Positions 27,841 to 35,865 of a stretch of DNA of 64,000 bases are shown in pieces. Source of the DNA: Methanobacteriota archaeon (GTDB taxonomy: Archaea; Thermoplasmatota; Poseidoniia; Poseidoniales; Poseidoniaceae); NCBI GenBank assembly GCA_014240385.1, contig JAAZXA010000068.1, forward strand, positions 29,090-93,089, given 5' to 3'. A program made the translations under genes and the position numbers. Numbering within the stretch: the first letter of the stretch is position 1; each line of letters begins with the position of its first letter. The notes under the pieces were generated by a model. That model was not told where the DNA came from. It ran no database searches and worked only from the letters and a program-made list of their open reading frames with translations.

Positions 27841-28146
27841 TTCGATTTCTACGATGTAGATTTCGATGCCTTTGGCCTCCAACCAGTCTAATGTGTCGTC
27901 AAAACTCCGATGGTCTTGTTTGAACTCTTCTGTCAAATCAACCATCATGCCTTGCATACATTCATGTGCAATTGCATCAGAGTTGAACGACCAATCCATA
28001 TCTCTCCAACCCATTCCGAATCCAGAACCACCATCGGTCATGTATTCGTCATATTTGTTGGCTATCTCATCCATTCGTTTGCTACGGTTGCTGAAAGTCT
28101 CGATGTTTCCATCGTCCTTCCATCTGAGCATTACTCTGTATTCCAT
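27820..28146 (-). CDS. hypothetical protein, 108 aa
   Basis: motif start 28144-28146. Confidence 0.5.
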   Translation of the reverse strand: MEYRVMLRWKDDGNIETFSNRSKRMDEIANKYDEYMTDGGSGFGMGWRDMDWSFNSDAIAHECMQGMMVDLTEEFKQDHRSFDDTLDWLEAKGIEIYIVEIEPTEDLE

Positions 28147-28155
28147 GAGCGGTTT

Positions 28156-28443
28156 TTAGAACTCGTTTGTAGTTCCTGTTTTGAGTAATGTGATGATTAT
28201 CCGATTAACGGCAATCATCCTATTTGTAATCGCCTTATCGTCAAAATTCTCAAAGTAAGCCATGAGCATTTCATAGTGAGGCATGTTCCATTGATGTGTC
28301 GGTAAAATAAGTTTTTCAACTGCTTCTACATCTGTTGGTTTCAAATTGTCTGATTGTCTGAGGATAGTTGAAGGGAGTTGTCCTGTTTGGTCGTTGAAAC
28401 CCCATGTTGCTTCTAACATCTTTCTAATCCATTTATCTTCCAT
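28156..28443 (-). CDS. hypothetical protein, 95 aa
   Basis: motif start 28441-28443. Confidence 0.5.
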   Translation of the reverse strand: MEDKWIRKMLEATWGFNDQTGQLPSTILRQSDNLKPTDVEAVEKLILPTHQWNMPHYEMLMAYFENFDDKAITNRMIAVNRIIITLLKTGTTNEF

Positions 28444-28530
28444 GAGCGGTTAATCCTCTTCGTATTCTTCGAAGATGTATTCTTCTGTTTCAATGCGTAA
28501 TATCAATGTCGGCATGAGCGGCTCAAACCA

Positions 28531-28797
28531 TCAAGATGGTTTGTAGCAGTTTGATTCGTTTGTTGTTATTCTGATTGTTGAATCTGATATTGACTCGAGC
28601 AATACATCTCCATCATCCTTGACCTTAATTACTATGCAGAAATCTCCGGGCTCGATTATCTCGTCCTCGCTATTTGTTTCTGCAGCATAAAGGCTCACGA
28701 AGTCTCCGACTTCGAAGTTGTTTTGTGAAGTTGTGTAGTTCTGTTCGTATGCGTCTTCAATCAGTTTCTTTAACCGGGTTGCTACTCTTCTTCCCAT
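28531..28797 (-). CDS. hypothetical protein, 88 aa
   Basis: motif start 28795-28797. Confidence 0.5.
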   Translation of the reverse strand: MGRRVATRLKKLIEDAYEQNYTTSQNNFEVGDFVSLYAAETNSEDEIIEPGDFCIVIKVKDDGDVLLESISDSTIRITTNESNCYKPS

Positions 28798-28806
28798 GAG
28801 CGGTGT

Positions 28807-29073
28807 TCATTCTTCTTCAAGATCATCCCAGTGGATAAAATCTCTTTTCATTGTCCTTCTTTTGAATTTAGGGGTGTTTTCTACAAATGGGTCGGGTATT
28901 GTATTTGTCTCTTCTGGTTTGCCAAAAATATAGGCGAACCAGAAATACATCAATATCCCCATAAGAATTATCGTATAGGGGTCTTGCAGCCATTCGTAGA
29001 TGAGTGCGCATAGCAATCCTGTGCAAATTGCTGCTAGTGCGTTTCTTACATTCAATTCAATGTATTGTTCCAT
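28807..29073 (-). CDS. membrane protein, 88 aa
   Basis: motif start 29071-29073; two predicted TM helices. Confidence 0.55.
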   Translation of the reverse strand: MEQYIELNVRNALAAICTGLLCALIYEWLQDPYTIILMGILMYFWFAYIFGKPEETNTIPDPFVENTPKFKRRTMKRDFIHWDDLEEE

Positions 29074-29310
29074 GAGCGGTTTGTACCGGCATACTCTTGC
29101 TTAGACTGTTCGCTGGACAGTTGGCCTGTGAATCTAACTGCAACACTCCGTCTTCCCGTTTCTGTCTCCGTAGATACAATTGAGGGAAGCTGCGGGTTTG
29201 TCAATTGACTCGATGGCATCGTGGCCGAAGCCGCAGGATGCCCTAAGCAGTATCTTACCGTAGGTACTTACCCGACTCGCCAATTAGGGGTCACACCATC
29301 CATGACTGTT

Positions 29311-29334
29311 GGTGCCGTCCAAGGATTGGACACC
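29311..29334. repeat. conserved hairpin element, copy D
   Basis: GGTGCCGTCCAAGGATTGGACACC; followed by TCGTGAGCGG (29369-29378) abutting stop of gene 29379..29585. Confidence 0.7.
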
Positions 29335-29378
29335 GTAAGCGTATTGGTTCTGCCCCGGTTAGGTCTGTCGTGAGCGGT

Positions 29379-29585
29379 TTAATCATTTCTAACAAGGTTG
29401 TAGACATATTCGAATAAATCTCTTCCTTGTTCTGTGAAGCCAGATGGATCATCGTCGTTTTCAACGATGTTTCCTTCTGCATCTAGGTTGTATAGTAACT
29501 TGCGTTCAATAAGTCCTTCATCAATTAAATATTCGATTACTGAATCTCCTGCATCGCAAGCTTCTCCTATGTTGTTTTCTTCCAT
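29379..29585 (-). CDS. hypothetical acidic protein, 68 aa
   Basis: motif start 29583-29585. Confidence 0.5.
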   Translation of the reverse strand: MEENNIGEACDAGDSVIEYLIDEGLIERKLLYNLDAEGNIVENDDDPSGFTEQGRDLFEYVYNLVRND

Positions 29586-29592
29586 GAGCGGT

Positions 29593-30459
29593 TTATGTCC
29601 AAAGACTCCTCGTCATCCTCCATATCCCTGCTTTTGCGAAGTCAGGGTGTTTTTCTATCCCTACTGCGTGTCGCCCTGTGAGCATCGCAGCCAATCCTAG
29701 GCTGTATGATCCTGCAAACGGGTCGAGCACTACATCTCCAGGATAAGTGGAGAAGCGAATAAGTTCAATCAAGAGTTCAACAGGCTTTTCTGTCTGGTGA
29801 ACCTTCTTCCTACCCATCATTCTAGAGTGGGTTTGAACATCTGCTATGCTGTTATTGATTCTTCTGCGCTTCCCTTTCGAGAAGAACAGAATTAGTTCGT
29901 GTCGTGGCCGACCATTGTAGCCAAGTGATATGACTTTCTTATCCCATACCCATTGGCTATTGAATGTGAAACCTGCGGCTTCTGCAATCTTGATTTGATT
30001 GTAGATGTAGTCGTAGGTGTCGTGCTTTGCTGCAGGCATGAAGCAAAAGAAGTGTCCATTGGGCTTCAAGACCCTAAGCATCTCCGAATACAAATCCGAA
30101 TCGATGTCTTTGGTCTCAAAATCCCATCCCTTCTTGAGATTCCTTGCTCGGGTAGTTCCCGTCTGCATTTGAGCATTCAAGATTGAATACGGAGGATCTG
30201 TGATGATAGCATCGAAGCTGTTATCTTCTAACTTTGCTAATTCATCCCAACTGTCTCCTTCAATCAAAGCGCATTGTGTGTCGCCAACTGTGGCGATGTA
30301 TATGCCTCTTGATACTCTGCGAAAGCACTTGTCTATGTTTTCATTGAGTCTTCCACGAATTGTTGTTTCCTTTTCATCAGGCAATGCTTCGTATATCTCC
30401 TTGAGATTCGATTCATTGTCTGCTAGAAATTCAACCAATCTTTCTTTCAATGTTTTCAT
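29593..30459 (-). CDS. DNA methyltransferase (beta-class N6A/N4C, DPPY with C-terminal FxGxG)
   Basis: AIITDPPYS motif IV and VVLDPFAGSYSLGLAA motif I; motif start 30457-30459 (..TEPLM KTLKERL..); 288 aa. Confidence 0.65.
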   Translation of the reverse strand: MKTLKERLVEFLADNESNLKEIYEALPDEKETTIRGRLNENIDKCFRRVSRGIYIATVGDTQCALIEGDSWDELAKLEDNSFDAIITDPPYSILNAQMQTGTTRARNLKKGWDFETKDIDSDLYSEMLRVLKPNGHFFCFMPAAKHDTYDYIYNQIKIAEAAGFTFNSQWVWDKKVISLGYNGRPRHELILFFSKGKRRRINNSIADVQTHSRMMGRKKVHQTEKPVELLIELIRFSTYPGDVVLDPFAGSYSLGLAAMLTGRHAVGIEKHPDFAKAGIWRMTRSLWT

Positions 30460-30480
30460 GAGCGGTTCAGTTTGGGTCAA

Positions 30481-30774
30481 CTAATCTTCAGTTTGATGAG
30501 ACCAGTTTTCGGGTTGTTTGAGCCAAAGTCCAAAAAGCACCTGGGCTCCGTAGTAGGTTCCGAAAGTTTCCAAATCCGATTCCTCGTAGCCGTCTTTTGA
30601 TTCGTGAATGACATAGAACAATTGTTCCATGGTTAGATCTTCTGGTATTTTCCATTCATCTCCGTAATCGTCATTACATTCCAACAAATCGTCGTTTGCG
30701 ATTTTATCTGAGGGTGCTTCCTTAACGATTCCCGATATTGGGTTCCAGAAAGTTCCTGATATTGTTTTAGTCAT
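30481..30774 (-). CDS. hypothetical protein, 97 aa
   Basis: motif start 30772-30774. Confidence 0.5.
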   Translation of the reverse strand: MTKTISGTFWNPISGIVKEAPSDKIANDDLLECNDDYGDEWKIPEDLTMEQLFYVIHESKDGYEESDLETFGTYYGAQVLFGLWLKQPENWSHQTED

Positions 30775-30783
30775 GAGCGGTGT

Positions 30784-30858
30784 TCAAATTTCGTGACAAC
30801 AAGCCATGCACTTGTTTCTGCACATGGCGTATAGTCTGCATACTCTGCATTGTTCCAT
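30784..30858 (-). CDS. Cys-rich micro-protein, 24 aa (not in ORF track)
   Basis: motif start 30856-30858; MEQCRVCRLYAMCRNKCMACCHEI (8 Cys). Confidence 0.3.
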   Translation of the reverse strand: MEQCRVCRLYAMCRNKCMACCHEI

Positions 30859-30865
30859 GAGCGGT

Positions 30866-31207
30866 TTATTCACCATGATGCCATTTGAGAGCCTTTTCAT
30901 CCCAAGGCCCCCAATGCAGGTGATTTAGTACATTCTCAATTACTTCTTCATAGGTGTATTCAATAATCTCATCGGGATTGATTTTTCCTCGTCTGAAGTA
31001 AATCTCCCATGCCATCTTCACCATTCCATTTGGCCCCGATGGGTCAAAAACCCATTCGGTTAGCCATTCATCTGTGAATCTGACAAAGGCGTGGCCGTAT
31101 CGAATTCCTTCGATTTCTCCCTCGCCTGTTACTTCGGCGTGGACTAATCGGTATTCTGGATTCTCTTGAGCCAATTGAGCTGCTAATCGATAGCATTCTC
31201 CTTTCAT
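30866..31207 (-). CDS. hypothetical protein, 113 aa
   Basis: motif start 31205-31207. Confidence 0.5.
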   Translation of the reverse strand: MKGECYRLAAQLAQENPEYRLVHAEVTGEGEIEGIRYGHAFVRFTDEWLTEWVFDPSGPNGMVKMAWEIYFRRGKINPDEIIEYTYEEVIENVLNHLHWGPWDEKALKWHHGE

Positions 31208-31214
31208 GAGCGGT

Positions 31215-31502
31215 TCAGAATGGAAGATCTAATGCAATCTGCTTTGCGTGTTCTGGTGCATGTTTCGCTATTACTTCCCAAAATGGGCTTTCTGTAATTG
31301 CGTCTTTGCCTCCCGTATCACTCCAAGTTGGAGGAAGGGTTGTTTGGTTTCCATTCTTGTCGAGAAGCCATGCTTGAATGAAATAACTTGTTTCGCCTGT
31401 TATTCCCCCACGGTCAAATCCGTAGGCGAGGTTCCAGTTTTGCTGTTCTTCTATGTTTTTCAATACATTCAGGTTCTCTGCATATCCTAGATATCTAGTC
31501 AT
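31215..31502 (-). CDS. hypothetical protein, 95 aa
   Basis: motif start 31500-31502 (..TNEPLM TRYLGY..). Confidence 0.5.
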   Translation of the reverse strand: MTRYLGYAENLNVLKNIEEQQNWNLAYGFDRGGITGETSYFIQAWLLDKNGNQTTLPPTWSDTGGKDAITESPFWEVIAKHAPEHAKQIALDLPF

Positions 31503-31509
31503 GAGCGGT

Positions 31510-31581
31510 TCATTGGTTCGGGCATTTGCCGCATCCATTGTCTGGACAATCGTTGCATGTCCTTGCTTCATCTTCTTCCAT
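31510..31581 (-). CDS. Cys-rich micro-protein, 23 aa (not in ORF track)
   Basis: motif start 31579-31581; MEEDEARTCNDCPDNGCGKCPNQ. Confidence 0.3.
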   Translation of the reverse strand: MEEDEARTCNDCPDNGCGKCPNQ

Positions 31582-31589
31582 GAGCGGTT

Positions 31590-32003
31590 TTACCAGTCAT
31601 ACACCTCAATGATGTTCTTGACTGCGTGTGATTTCATCGTTGTGAAACTGTTTGGGTCAAGATTCTCTTCAAGTGTTTCGACCAATAATCCAAGTAGTTT
31701 GTTGGTGTCCTCTCTCAACTTGTTACTGCGTCTTTTGAGAGCAATATTGATTTCGTCAATCTCATGTTGAGGGCGTGGCCTCCATGCTTGTGCCTTTCTG
31801 AGTTGTTCCTTGAGCGACTCGACTTCAACTTGTAGTTCGTAAATCGGGTTGCCTTCGTCCAACGGTTCACCGTAGTTTTGAGTTGTTAGTTTCTCTTCGA
31901 GCCTTTGCTCAGCGTCTTCAACCCAACTTGGATCTTCTTCCTTTTGGCCTAATGCATTTGCATCAGGGTTTAGTCCTTCAATCTGTTCTTTCAATGATTG
32001 CAT
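31590..32003 (-). CDS. coiled-coil protein, 137 aa
   Basis: motif start 32001-32003. Confidence 0.55.
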   Translation of the reverse strand: MQSLKEQIEGLNPDANALGQKEEDPSWVEDAEQRLEEKLTTQNYGEPLDEGNPIYELQVEVESLKEQLRKAQAWRPRPQHEIDEINIALKRRSNKLREDTNKLLGLLVETLEENLDPNSFTTMKSHAVKNIIEVYDW

Positions 32004-32011
32004 GAGCGGTT

Positions 32012-32368
32012 CTAAGGCGTCAACTCTATTTTCTTTGAGAGTTTTTCTGCACCATTAGTCATCCAAGGTTCAGGTTTGACTGATTGTAGCCACTTATCGG
32101 GAGTTGGAATGAATCCAAAGTCTTCCATAAGGTGCTGTTCAACAATCAACCTCGTCAATACCTGCTTGCCGTTGCTGTTTTCGATTGTTAATCCGAATAT
32201 AGCTTCAGCGTCTCCTATCGCTAAGGTGCTGTGCCTAAATATTCTAGACACGAAATGCCATCTGTGTTCTTTGGGAGCATCTATCCATTTGTGGATATCG
32301 ATGTAATCTTCCATTTTTCCTCCGTATTTTCTTGCTGATGATTCAGCATGATGTACATAAGTTGCCAT
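32012..32368 (-). CDS. hypothetical protein, 118 aa
   Basis: motif start 32366-32368 (..AYLPLM ATYVHH..). Confidence 0.5.
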   Translation of the reverse strand: MATYVHHAESSARKYGGKMEDYIDIHKWIDAPKEHRWHFVSRIFRHSTLAIGDAEAIFGLTIENSNGKQVLTRLIVEQHLMEDFGFIPTPDKWLQSVKPEPWMTNGAEKLSKKIELTP

Positions 32369-32667
32369 GAGCGGTAAATAGGCATTACACCATTGCGCCA
32401 GCACAAGGCCTGCACTTATCCTAGACTTTCTGAGATGTTGAGGCCAAACCGACCAGTTCATCATCGAGGGCTTTCGGGGGGGCGTGTCGACTTCCTTGCT
32501 TGGAGCCACTTTACCCTAGCCCACCGATTTGGGAACGGTATGTCCTGTTCATGCCTTTAGCCGTCCAAATGGAACTAACTGCCGATCCGTAGATGGGTCT
32601 GGGCTTTGGCAATCCTTTGGATTCCGTCATTCCACTCAGCGTGGGTCTAGTGAGAGGTAAGTTGGGG

Positions 32668-32720
32668 GAAACCAAAAAGAAAACCCAACCGCCGTTGCAG
32701 TTGGGTTTGTTTGATTTGTG
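32668..32720. terminator. bidirectional intrinsic-terminator-like hairpin
   Basis: AAACCCAACCGCCGTTGCAGTTGGGTTT stem-loop flanked by A-run on one side and T-rich run on the other; lies after stop of gene 32736..33203 (minus-strand sense); followed by start-less TTGTGAGCGGCTC. Confidence 0.5.
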
Positions 32721-32735
32721 AGCGGCTCTTATGCC

Positions 32736-33203
32736 TTATGCCATTATCTCGCTTGGGTCGTCTTCCCATCGGTTACTCATCGCAATGATTCCTTCAAGAG
32801 GAACGCCATGGACATTTGACTCGAATAAGAATTGGTCTGTAATGTCGTGGCCTTGTTTCTTCCTGTATTGGTTCGTGTTGACGATTTTCACTCGATAGTC
32901 AAAGATCTTAGCGAGTTTAGCGTGATTTTCATATTCCCATCTTTGAGTGTTGGTGTTGTCTACAACGATGTATTCGTCGCCAGAGGCTAGAGCATCGATG
33001 AAGGAGCCCCAACATGATTGATGGGCCATAGGGATTTGCCAGGGGACAAAGTTGTAATTGCCGTCCTTGTCCTCGAAATAGAAATCTGCAGAATGCCAAC
33101 TGGTAGTTGCATTTGCTAGGTCTGTTTTCAAGCGCAAGTAGTGTTTAGCGTAGTAACTTTTGCCGGTTCCGGGTTTTCCCCTAAGAATTAATACTTCTTT
33201 CAT
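32736..33203 (-). CDS. P-loop kinase-like NTPase (polynucleotide/nucleotide kinase-like)
   Basis: LILRGKPGTGKSYYAKHY Walker A at N-terminus; 155 aa; motif start 33201-33203. Confidence 0.45.
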   Translation of the reverse strand: MKEVLILRGKPGTGKSYYAKHYLRLKTDLANATTSWHSADFYFEDKDGNYNFVPWQIPMAHQSCWGSFIDALASGDEYIVVDNTNTQRWEYENHAKLAKIFDYRVKIVNTNQYRKKQGHDITDQFLFESNVHGVPLEGIIAMSNRWEDDPSEIMA

Positions 33204-33228
33204 GAGCGGTTCTTATCGGGTGTTTGCA

Positions 33229-33525
33229 CTATTCGAATTGTGCAATCAAGTTGGTAAACCCATCATTCTGATCCCCATCAACAGTCCTTACGGCGTTGAT
33301 GAATCGTAGTCCACAAGATTGAGCATACCAATCCTTCAATTGTAGGAGGGCTGATTCAACACCAATAGATTCGATGCGAATCAAGGGATCATAACCGTAT
33401 GATTCCATCTGTTGATGTTGTCCTTCGTCCTGTAAGACATAGATCTTGTGACATGTATCGAATGCTATCGATACAGCGTCTTCCAATGTCTTTTCAATTG
33501 CTTTCCAAGTTTTCTTGTTTGGCAT
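33229..33525 (-). CDS. hypothetical protein, 98 aa
   Basis: motif start 33523-33525 (..NLPLM PNKKTWKA..). Confidence 0.5.
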   Translation of the reverse strand: MPNKKTWKAIEKTLEDAVSIAFDTCHKIYVLQDEGQHQQMESYGYDPLIRIESIGVESALLQLKDWYAQSCGLRFINAVRTVDGDQNDGFTNLIAQFE

Positions 33526-33535
33526 GAGCGGTAAA

Positions 33536-33910
33536 TTATATCCACGACATGTGGTTATTCTCAACCCATTCAAACAAAACCGAGTTATGCGGACCTTCTA
33601 ATCCGTCTAAGTCGGTGGCCTTTACGCCGTGTCTGATGTCGTTGATTCCAATCCAAGCCGGGGTTTTGTCATCTCGGGTCAGCATAACTGACCTGAGAAC
33701 TAGCCTGACTTGGCTATGATAGCCTCCGATGTCGATTCTGTCGGCTACGACTCGTTGCCCTATTGAAAGGGCCGCATCCAGGGGATGTGCTTCGTATACG
33801 ACTTTCTTTTGTTCCGAATCCCATCTCTTTGAGCCGGTGTAGCGGAGAGTAAATCTCCCTTCATGGCGTCCAATCTGGTGTCCGAATGCTTCTACAATGT
33901 TTGTAGTCAT
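33536..33910 (-). CDS. hypothetical protein, 124 aa
   Basis: motif start 33908-33910. Confidence 0.55.
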   Translation of the reverse strand: MTTNIVEAFGHQIGRHEGRFTLRYTGSKRWDSEQKKVVYEAHPLDAALSIGQRVVADRIDIGGYHSQVRLVLRSVMLTRDDKTPAWIGINDIRHGVKATDLDGLEGPHNSVLFEWVENNHMSWI

Positions 33911-33919
33911 GAGCGGTTC

Positions 33920-34651
33920 TCAGAAGTTCAACTTCGAGATTCGTCCGTGTTCATCGCATTGCTGCTTGATACGGAGCAATTCGCAGGCACCACGCCTTAT
34001 CCAAGCGTAGGCCTTCTTGCCCATACTCTCGCCATGAGGGATGTCAAGTTCACTCCACTCAGGCCAGTCCCAAGCGTCAAGTCCTTCGACTTGCGGCTTT
34101 AGGAAATCTGGTATGGTGGTTTTTCCTTGTTCATCCATAGCTGAAAGTTGGTGAGCATTCATGTGCTCCGCTACAATCCAAAGGATTGCATCGTACCCTG
34201 AAGAATCATCTCCGAGGTGTTCTAATGCTTCCTCAAGCATCTTTGCAGATGCCTTGTCGTGTCCAAATGCAGTGCTTTGTGGCGTTCCATCCGGCCATGT
34301 CTTCTTCGGGCTGTCCTTTAATGTGGACAACTTTCCAAGATCCGACCAGAAAATAGCCATCTCAAGAATGTGGTATTTACTCCACTCATTATCCATAAGG
34401 ATAACAGGCGTATCTTCCAGATGTTGAAGCATCCCGATGATGTGGTTGTAAAGCCAACCTTCCTCGTGGTGCTCGTTGTTCTGGAAACAGTAGAGCGTCT
34501 CGGTGTCAAACACCAATCCGTCAATACTTGCCTTTCCGTTCTCGAGTAAGACGATCTCAGTAGTGTGTAGGTGCTTGTTGATAGCACCAATCACTTCTTC
34601 GATTTCTGTTCTTTCAATTCTGCCCGTAGGCAGACAATTTTTTTCTAACAT
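33920..34651 (-). CDS. DEDD-family 3'-5' exonuclease-like protein
   Basis: LVFDTETLY resembles Exo I motif (FDTETTG) of DnaQ-like exonucleases; 243 aa; motif start 34649-34651. Confidence 0.4.
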   Translation of the reverse strand: MLEKNCLPTGRIERTEIEEVIGAINKHLHTTEIVLLENGKASIDGLVFDTETLYCFQNNEHHEEGWLYNHIIGMLQHLEDTPVILMDNEWSKYHILEMAIFWSDLGKLSTLKDSPKKTWPDGTPQSTAFGHDKASAKMLEEALEHLGDDSSGYDAILWIVAEHMNAHQLSAMDEQGKTTIPDFLKPQVEGLDAWDWPEWSELDIPHGESMGKKAYAWIRRGACELLRIKQQCDEHGRISKLNF

Positions 34652-34681
34652 GAGCGGTCTTTTTGCGTAGTCCTATTTGAA

Positions 34682-34882
34682 CTATGCAAGATATCCTCGT
34701 CCCATGAAATGCTTTCTACAGCCTCGAAAGCCGCACTTGTGGCATTCGCCAGGGTCGTGGGTATCTGGCTCTTGAGTTCCTTTTGGGACGAGTGGATCAT
34801 CATCATTGTGAATTGTAATGTTCTGCGTCCCGCAATGGGGGCAGTGCATTCTTGGTGGTTCGATGAATATTATCTGATTCAT
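34682..34882 (-). CDS. Zn-ribbon protein, 66 aa
   Basis: motif start 34880-34882 (MKPLM NQIIF..); CPHCG...CHKCG. Confidence 0.5.
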   Translation of the reverse strand: MNQIIFIEPPRMHCPHCGTQNITIHNDDDPLVPKGTQEPDTHDPGECHKCGFRGCRKHFMGRGYLA

Positions 34883-34890
34883 GAGCGGTT

Positions 34891-35118
34891 TCAATTCTTG
34901 ATAGGCATCAGCTTAAATCTGCAGCCTAGCATCAATTCATACATTACACCCCAATAAGGATGGGGTCTCCGTAGAGTCCACCATATATCGCAAAAGCGTT
35001 CAACCCCGACTGATTCAAGCCACTTTATTGCGGCTTTGCTGTTCTTGAATTTCGGGGATTTGAATCGGATTCTCTTTCGATCCTTGTAAAGGTGGATTGT
35101 GTATCTCTTTTCGGGCAT
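34891..35118 (-). CDS. hypothetical basic protein, 75 aa
   Basis: motif start 35116-35118 (catgagcggattt). Confidence 0.5.
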   Translation of the reverse strand: MPEKRYTIHLYKDRKRIRFKSPKFKNSKAAIKWLESVGVERFCDIWWTLRRPHPYWGVMYELMLGCRFKLMPIKN

Positions 35119-35126
35119 GAGCGGAT

Positions 35127-35408
35127 TTAATCCAGTGGATGTTCAGCCTTCGTGTTAAGGATCCATTCCAGCGTCTTGACTACGCCCCGAAGGGCATTGT
35201 AGTTTCGGACTGCTTCGCTGAATTTCTTCTCACGGGGGCTTACTCTCATCTCTTTCAGTTTATGGAGGTGGTTCAACCACCAATCCCTTCGTTCCTTCGC
35301 TTCGTGATACATTTCAATAATGTCATCCCAATTGCGATTAAAATCGAAGGGTGAACTTACTTGGGTCAGTCTGGGAGTTGTCATCATGGGTGGCGCATCA
35401 ATTCTCAT
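35127..35408 (-). CDS. hypothetical protein, 93 aa
   Basis: ATG 35406-35408 lies 9 nt downstream of start-less motif ACCGCTCAC (gtgagcggtg 35416-35425) that abuts stop of upstream gene; MRIDAPPMMTTPRL... Confidence 0.4.
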   Translation of the reverse strand: MRIDAPPMMTTPRLTQVSSPFDFNRNWDDIIEMYHEAKERRDWWLNHLHKLKEMRVSPREKKFSEAVRNYNALRGVVKTLEWILNTKAEHPLD

Positions 35409-35428
35409 ATTTGATGTGAGCGGTGTGT

Positions 35429-35842
35429 TCACGACCAGCAATTAAACTGGTCGATGCGAACACGCTTTTGGTCCTTATCGGCTCCACGCCCGATAGAATC
35501 GGGTGTGGGGACAGTCGAAACAACAGGGTAGCCATAGGCTTCTGCTGCGACTGCTGAACCAACTACAAGTACTCCTTCGGGGACAGTTGCTAGGAAAGCA
35601 AGTCCATCCTCTCGGGGTAGCTTCGTTGGTGTTACGAAATCGACATCCACTTCAACCTCAAGGTCGAGCGGGTTCCCTCCAAAATCTGCATTCAGCATAA
35701 CTCCAGAAGGCTCTACTTCGGTTTCATCCTCAAAGATGAACGAATGCCATGTTGTGCTAAGCACTTTGACTCCGTTACTCAAGGTGTAAACCATGCTGTC
35801 GTCGTATTCGTTTGTTTTCTCCATATTATTGTCTGTTGACAT
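35429..35842 (-). CDS. hypothetical protein, 137 aa
   Basis: motif start 35840-35842 (..NIPLM STDNNMEK..). Confidence 0.55.
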   Translation of the reverse strand: MSTDNNMEKTNEYDDSMVYTLSNGVKVLSTTWHSFIFEDETEVEPSGVMLNADFGGNPLDLEVEVDVDFVTPTKLPREDGLAFLATVPEGVLVVGSAVAAEAYGYPVVSTVPTPDSIGRGADKDQKRVRIDQFNCWS

Positions 35843-35865
35843 GAGCGGTATATTCCTTTCGGAAT

